Translations under genes and position numbers: made by a program
Assembly: GCF_000446015.1 (NCBI RefSeq)
Contig: NC_022093.1
Coordinates: forward strand, 510,001-542,000
Reading direction: 5' to 3'
DNA length: 32,000 bases
Source: Thermofilum adornatum
Lineage (GTDB): Archaea > Thermoproteota > Thermoprotei > Thermofilales > Thermofilaceae
The notes under the pieces: model-generated
Database searches by the model: none
What the model was told of the DNA's origin: nothing
What the model saw: the letters and a program-made list of their open reading frames with translations, nothing else
Shown: positions 28,442-32,000 of the stretch, one piece after another
Layout: every line of letters starts with the position of its first letter
How positions within the stretch are numbered: position 1 is the first letter of the stretch

Positions 28442-28449
28442 TTTATAAA
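28442..28449 (-). promoter_or_regulatory. rRNA operon promoter TATA box (TTTATAAA) with purine-rich BRE-like AGTAAAA upstream
   Basis: The minus strand reads AGTAAAA-TTTATAAA-CAACCCC. It is the only strong A/T box between the upstream gene stop (28458) and the GC-rich leader. It implies a leader (5' ETS) of about 185-190 nt carrying hairpins such as GGGAGAGG-TTG-CCTCTCCC. Confidence 0.6.
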
Positions 28450-28457
28450 TTTTACTA

Positions 28458-29060
28458 TTAGGCTATACTCCGGGAAGCATACGTGTCTATGTAGAATTTT
28501 GCTAGTGCCTGGGGGTTTACTGTGCCTGCGAGCCATTCTAGTAGCTTGCTCATATATAACGTTGCCGGGGGCAACGTGTCCTGCTTGTAGACTGCTTGTA
28601 GCTCGTTGATTGTTGTTGTGGCTAGGGGGTATGCTGTCCTGTGCCTTGCCTCGAGTTTTAGCCCCTCTATGTTTCCCCTTATGAGCTCGTCTAGGAAGTA
28701 TGTTGCGATCTCTTCTGCGGTGAGGGGGAGTACGACGAGTTGGTGTGGCGAGGCTTTTTCCAGTATTTTGAGCTTGAGCTGGGTGTATGTTGCAGGCTCC
28801 GCGTCTATGGCTATGGTCTCTATGCCTGGCAGTTTTTGGGCTAGCTGGTTGATTTCTTGGGGGATGTTTCGGCCGATGTGTATGTGGCTTATCTTTACTT
28901 GGAACTCTTTCTCTATGTCTACGAGGAGGTCTAGTGATGCTTTTGACTGGAGGTTTGGCAGTGTCGCTACTAGGATGCTGTCCTGCCTCTTTATGCCTGC
29001 TTTCCGGAGGTTCCTCTTGTACCTGTTTCTAAGCGCTGTCTTTGTGACCATGTTTTTCAC
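28458..29060 (-). CDS. PP-loop ATPase-like (adenine nucleotide alpha-hydrolase fold) protein with degenerate PP-loop and no cysteines
   Basis: 200 aa with a TilS/TtuA/Ncs6-like layout. ILVATLPNLQSKASLDLL occupies the place of ilVavSGGxDSxxLL. LPLTAEEIATYFLDELIRGNIEGL occupies the place of gH.adD.aEt.l.nl.rG, and AYPLATTTINELQAVY the place of irPL..v.k.Ei..y. The track start is GTG 29060; ATG 29051 (MVTKT) is likelier. Confidence 0.45.
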   Translation of the reverse strand: MKNMVTKTALRNRYKRNLRKAGIKRQDSILVATLPNLQSKASLDLLVDIEKEFQVKISHIHIGRNIPQEINQLAQKLPGIETIAIDAEPATYTQLKLKILEKASPHQLVVLPLTAEEIATYFLDELIRGNIEGLKLEARHRTAYPLATTTINELQAVYKQDTLPPATLYMSKLLEWLAGTVNPQALAKFYIDTYASRSIA

Positions 29061-29114
29061 TCTATGAACGGCAAAGTGGACAGTTTTTATTTTGTGGGCT
29101 TCAAATAAAGTTAT

Positions 29115-29501
29115 GTGGGCTACGTAAAGGAGGCGTCTTTCCTGCTTAACGGAGTGTCAAGCGATCAGCTTGCAGAGGTCTTGCTGAATATGGGTGGATG
29201 GGGGGTGAACTACTTCATCGAGGAGAGGAGGGGCGGCAGGTGGATGTATGCTTTTTTCAGGGAGGTGAAGAGGCAGGACGACTACTTCTTGGTAAAGGTT
29301 GGCCTCAGGGAGAAAGATAGGTGGAAGTGGGGCGAGGTCTTCATGGTGAGGCTGGTGGAGGACGGTGGAGGGGTAAGGATGGTTGTTAGGCGTGTGAGGG
29401 GTGTGGGTAGGATAGGTTCTGACCTGGTTGGGTACTGGATTGTAGAAAATGCTAGGAAGCATTACCCAGACGTCTTACTTGAGGACGGTACGACTTTCTA
29501 G
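29115..29501 (+). CDS. Hypothetical protein (orphan, G/R/W-rich)
   Basis: 128-aa ORF with a GTG start and no motif I recognise. It is preferred over the antisense 101-aa Pro/His-rich ORF (29157-29462), which looks like a complement artefact. Confidence 0.35.
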   Translation: MGYVKEASFLLNGVSSDQLAEVLLNMGGWGVNYFIEERRGGRWMYAFFREVKRQDDYFLVKVGLREKDRWKWGEVFMVRLVEDGGGVRMVVRRVRGVGRIGSDLVGYWIVENARKHYPDVLLEDGTTF

Positions 29502-29529
29502 ACTCTCGCATAGGATTATAGGGGCGCGC

Positions 29530-30852
29530 CTACTCTGGATGCGGGATCTTGGCTTTGCGGAAGAGCTCTGGGTTTTTGTGTAGTGGACGTGTAGCGTCTA
29601 TGCCGATCTTCGAGGTTTGAAGTGTTTCCTGGTCTGCTGACGGGTCGAGGCTGCTCCCCCTTGCCCCCCTTATGATGATTACGTCCTCGTCTGGCTGCAT
29701 CCTTGTAGCCAGCGCCCATTCAACGTCCTGTGGATTGTCGGGGTCTATGTCTGTATCCACAACTACTACCGATTTCAGGGAGGGATGTGCAGCGAACGCC
29801 GCCATTATCACGTTTTTGGGGTCGCCCTCTATTGTTTTTTCCATCGAGATGACTGCGTGGAGCCACCCTCCACCCCCAGGCGTGAGCCTAACCTTTTTTA
29901 TGCCTGGGGCTGTCTTTGACGCCACTGTGTAGATTGCTACTTCCCTTGGAAAACCCATCAATAGCAGGTGCTCGTAGCCCGAAGGCAGAATAGTATAGTA
30001 CAGGTAGTCCTGCCTGACACTTATCGATTCAACGTGGAAAACAGGCTCTTTCCTAACTATGTCGTATGTCCCGAGGATATCTACGAATGGCCCCTCGTCT
30101 ACCCGTTTCCCAGCTACGAATTCCCCGGTTATTATTATTTCCGTGGGAATAGGCAACGCGACTCCTTCAAGGAAGCTGTCAGTCCCCCTCAAGGCGCCGT
30201 TTACAAGTGTGTTTGCGACCTCGGCCTCGTAGACGCCAAACGGCGGGCTCATTGCTGCCGCTAGATACATTATCGGTGGTGCACCTATGAGTATGGCCGC
30301 TGGGAGGTTCCGTCCCCTCGCCTCTGCCTTCCTGTGTATCTGGTAAAGGTGCCTTGGGACAAGCCTTACTGCTAGGTTTTCCTCGTCTAGTACAAGTGCT
30401 CTGTGGATGCTCGCGTTTACTGCGCCTGTCTCGGGGTCTTTCGCTATGAATATGCCTGAAGTAATGTATCTTCCAGCATCCTTCTCGAAGAATTTAAGGA
30501 TTGGTAGCTTGTAGAGATCGACGCTCGTTTCCTTGAGGCTGGGCTTTTCTAGAATCCTTATTGATGTAGGGTTTTCCATGGCTCTCGCTACACGTGTATA
30601 TATCTCTGCGTCGGAGCCTCCGCCTAGAACCAGCGACAGGTTCTCCCGTTTCGCAAGCAGATTTGCAACAACTTTTCCGTTTGGCGTATCGAGAGCTACG
30701 GGGTATGGCTGGGCCTGCTGGATGTGCCAAGCGGCCTCATAGTCTAGCGCGAGTTGCCCCGGGATTTTTCTAAGCAGGCCAGATTCGTCTAAATGTGTCA
30801 AAAGTGCTCTAATATCAAGGGAAATATTTTGCTCCATGAGTACTTTAGACAC
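29530..30852 (-). CDS. UbiD-family (prFMN-dependent) decarboxylase
   Basis: 440 aa. Overall UbiD-like pattern: an N-terminal LDESGLLRKI..., a mid-region with VNASIHRALVLD...RLVPRHL and a C-terminal ATRMQPDEDVIIIRGARGSSLDPS. Recognised by eye. Confidence 0.8.
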   Translation of the reverse strand: MSKVLMEQNISLDIRALLTHLDESGLLRKIPGQLALDYEAAWHIQQAQPYPVALDTPNGKVVANLLAKRENLSLVLGGGSDAEIYTRVARAMENPTSIRILEKPSLKETSVDLYKLPILKFFEKDAGRYITSGIFIAKDPETGAVNASIHRALVLDEENLAVRLVPRHLYQIHRKAEARGRNLPAAILIGAPPIMYLAAAMSPPFGVYEAEVANTLVNGALRGTDSFLEGVALPIPTEIIITGEFVAGKRVDEGPFVDILGTYDIVRKEPVFHVESISVRQDYLYYTILPSGYEHLLLMGFPREVAIYTVASKTAPGIKKVRLTPGGGGWLHAVISMEKTIEGDPKNVIMAAFAAHPSLKSVVVVDTDIDPDNPQDVEWALATRMQPDEDVIIIRGARGSSLDPSADQETLQTSKIGIDATRPLHKNPELFRKAKIPHPE

Positions 30853-30921
30853 ATGGTTGTGTAAATAAACCTATACTCGGCTGTCATCCATATGCAAGTA
30901 GTCAGACTTCTAGAAGATGCG

Positions 30922-31404
30922 TTAAGACTCTCCCTCTGCCTTCTTTATGACCTTTAAGTCTTCGGCACTTATTGTAACTGGTAAAACAAAGACAGCCTCG
31001 GCCAATTCTACTTTTACCTCGTTCCTTGACTTGTCGATGCCCACAATTTTGCCACGCATTCCAGTGAAGGGGCCCCTAATTATTTCTACAAGGTCGCCAA
31101 CATTAAGCTGTTCCACAAGTGGCTTGGGCTTCAGCATTTTCTCCATTTCGGCGAGGCTAACCGCGCCCCCTATGACGCCCCTGACATGTTTCAGGCCATA
31201 GGCAAGCCTTTGTGCCTCGTAGAGGGCGTCGCTTTCAACAAACACTAGGCCCTTAAGTGCGGGGATAACGAGTATCGAGTACACCTTGTAGTTTCCAGAG
31301 GTTGCACGTCTATACAGGAGATAGGCAACGTTGTATTCCTGGCCCTGGGTTACCCTCAGCGCGTAGAAACGGGAGAGCTCAACCTTCTTCTCCTCTGCCA
31401 ACAA
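30922..31404 (-). CDS. spt5: Transcription elongation factor Spt5 (NusG homolog)
   Basis: 160 aa with an NGN domain plus the KOW motif VGDLVEIIRGPFTGMRGKIVGIDKSRNEVKVEL. It lies directly downstream of secE, as in the conserved pair. Confidence 0.9.
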   Translation of the reverse strand: MLAEEKKVELSRFYALRVTQGQEYNVAYLLYRRATSGNYKVYSILVIPALKGLVFVESDALYEAQRLAYGLKHVRGVIGGAVSLAEMEKMLKPKPLVEQLNVGDLVEIIRGPFTGMRGKIVGIDKSRNEVKVELAEAVFVLPVTISAEDLKVIKKAEGES

Positions 31405-31418
31405 TCTTCACCCAGGGG

Positions 31419-31697
31419 CTATATTTCTTCGCGTCTGCGTAGATAGACGGCGAGGACGAGGATTACCACTATGATGATTATTCCTCCTAGGAGTACGTAT
31501 TCCCTAGAGATGCCTCCCAGGCCAGCAAATTCTAGGAACGAGCCCATCAGCTGGAATACGAAGCCTATGGTTCCTAGGAGGCCCAGACCAATTAGCACTA
31601 CTCGTAGCATCATCTTGTATTCTTCTGGTTCTGGGCGTGAAACCATCCTCAATAGCCGGATAATTGTGTCGCTGAGTTTGCCACTTTTGCTACTCAT
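31419..31697 (-). CDS. secE: Protein translocase subunit SecE/Sec61-gamma with an extra C-terminal hydrophobic helix
   Basis: 92 aa. RPEPEEYKMMLRVVLIGLGLLGTIGFVFQLMGSFL matches the archaeal SecE amphipathic-plus-TM pattern. A second hydrophobic stretch, YVLLGGIIIIVVILVLAVYL, follows. Confidence 0.7.
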   Translation of the reverse strand: MSSKSGKLSDTIIRLLRMVSRPEPEEYKMMLRVVLIGLGLLGTIGFVFQLMGSFLEFAGLGGISREYVLLGGIIIIVVILVLAVYLRRREEI

Positions 31698-31754
31698 GTC
31701 GCTCGGTTCTTCTGAGAAAAATGTAAAATAAATATCTTGTGTTTCGGGAAAACT

Positions 31755-32000
31755 TTACTGATGTAAGGGCTGTTTGCCCAGATACTTGGTCCACTCTGGG
31801 TACAGCAGGTGAAGGAGAACAGCCTTAGACGTATGCAACCTGTTTTCGGCCTGATCAAACACCACGCTGTTTTTCGACTCTACAACCTCGTCGGTTATCT
31901 CTTCGCCCCTATGCGCAGGCAGGCAGTGCATCACGATAAAGTCTTCCCTCCCCACGTGTTTCAAAAGCTCGCTGTTTACCTGGTACCTTGGGAGAAAAGC
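31755..32000 (-). CDS. argF: Ornithine carbamoyltransferase, C-terminal part (5' end beyond the window)
   Basis: [15 protein letters not shown]...[12 protein letters not shown] is the OTCase signature. The frame stays open upstream of the TTG at 31964 out to nt 32000 ([17 protein letters not shown]...). Confidence 0.8.
   Translation of the reverse strand, partial: AFLPRYQVNSELLKHVGREDFIVMHCLPAHRGEEITDEVVESKNSVVFDQAENRLHTSKAVLLHLLYPEWTKYLGKQPLHQ

Noticed and set aside
28606-29067. 153-aa plus-strand ORF overlapping the PP-loop-like gene.
   Set aside because: The translation is Ser/Met/Phe/Trp-rich and low complexity with no motif. The minus-strand frame gives a coherent alpha/beta PP-loop-family-like pattern.
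29157-29462. 101-aa Pro/His-rich minus-strand ORF.
   Set aside because: It is the complement of a G-rich plus-strand ORF. The repetitive P/H/T composition looks like an artefact, so the plus-strand 128-aa ORF is kept, with low confidence.
29115-29501. GC/G-rich segment as a structured ncRNA (SRP RNA or RNase P RNA).
   Set aside because: The strand is G-rich and C-poor, so it cannot form extensive self-complementary helices. No conserved SRP or RNase P motifs were recognised, and an intact 128-codon ORF spans it.

Overview
The window looks like core chromosome of a hyperthermophilic crenarchaeon (Thermoproteota, Desulfurococcales-like). Protein-coding DNA is AT-rich, while the rRNA and tRNA genes are visibly very GC-rich. 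The 16S-23S operon has no spacer tRNA and no linked 5S. Gene content is archaeal information processing throughout. Reading left to right:
- GPN-loop GTPase (partial), an HPS-like barrel and a coiled-coil protein.
- gar1-tfb (minus strand), divergent from nop5-flpA.
- An HTH regulator, trm1, aIF2-beta and a GINS-like protein.
- A minus-strand prs / aIF-2B-like / isomerase-type e2b / purine PRTase operon.
- A fragment of the archaeal exosome/RNase P superoperon (Nog1-like GTPase, L15e, DUF54, Rpp30, Pop5).
- psmB and a family-B DNA polymerase.
- A six-gene block of poorly characterised genes: DUF47/PhoU-like, small DPBB/AbrB-like barrel, mini HerA/FtsK-type ATPase, OB-fold, and two winged-helix proteins.
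- tRNA-Gly(TCC), tRNA-Met/Ile2(CAT) and a 4xCBS protein.
- The 23S and 16S rRNA genes (minus strand) with long processing stems.
- A degenerate PP-loop-like protein, an orphan ORF, a UbiD-family decarboxylase, spt5, secE and a partial ornithine carbamoyltransferase.

No CRISPR array, transposase, integrase or recognisable defence system is visible. The points most worth a second look are:
1. The TFB zinc-ribbon coding region has no ATG/GTG/TTG start and begins in an ATAA overlap with the gar1 stop.
2. A 60-nt perfectly identical tract is shared by two otherwise diverged tandem eIF2B-family paralogs. One keeps the isomerase Cys/Asp motifs and the other is eIF2B-alpha-like.
3. The uncharacterised ATPase/OB/wH/DPBB/DUF47 block lies between polB and the tRNA genes.

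All functional calls rest on motif recognition by eye, with no database search.
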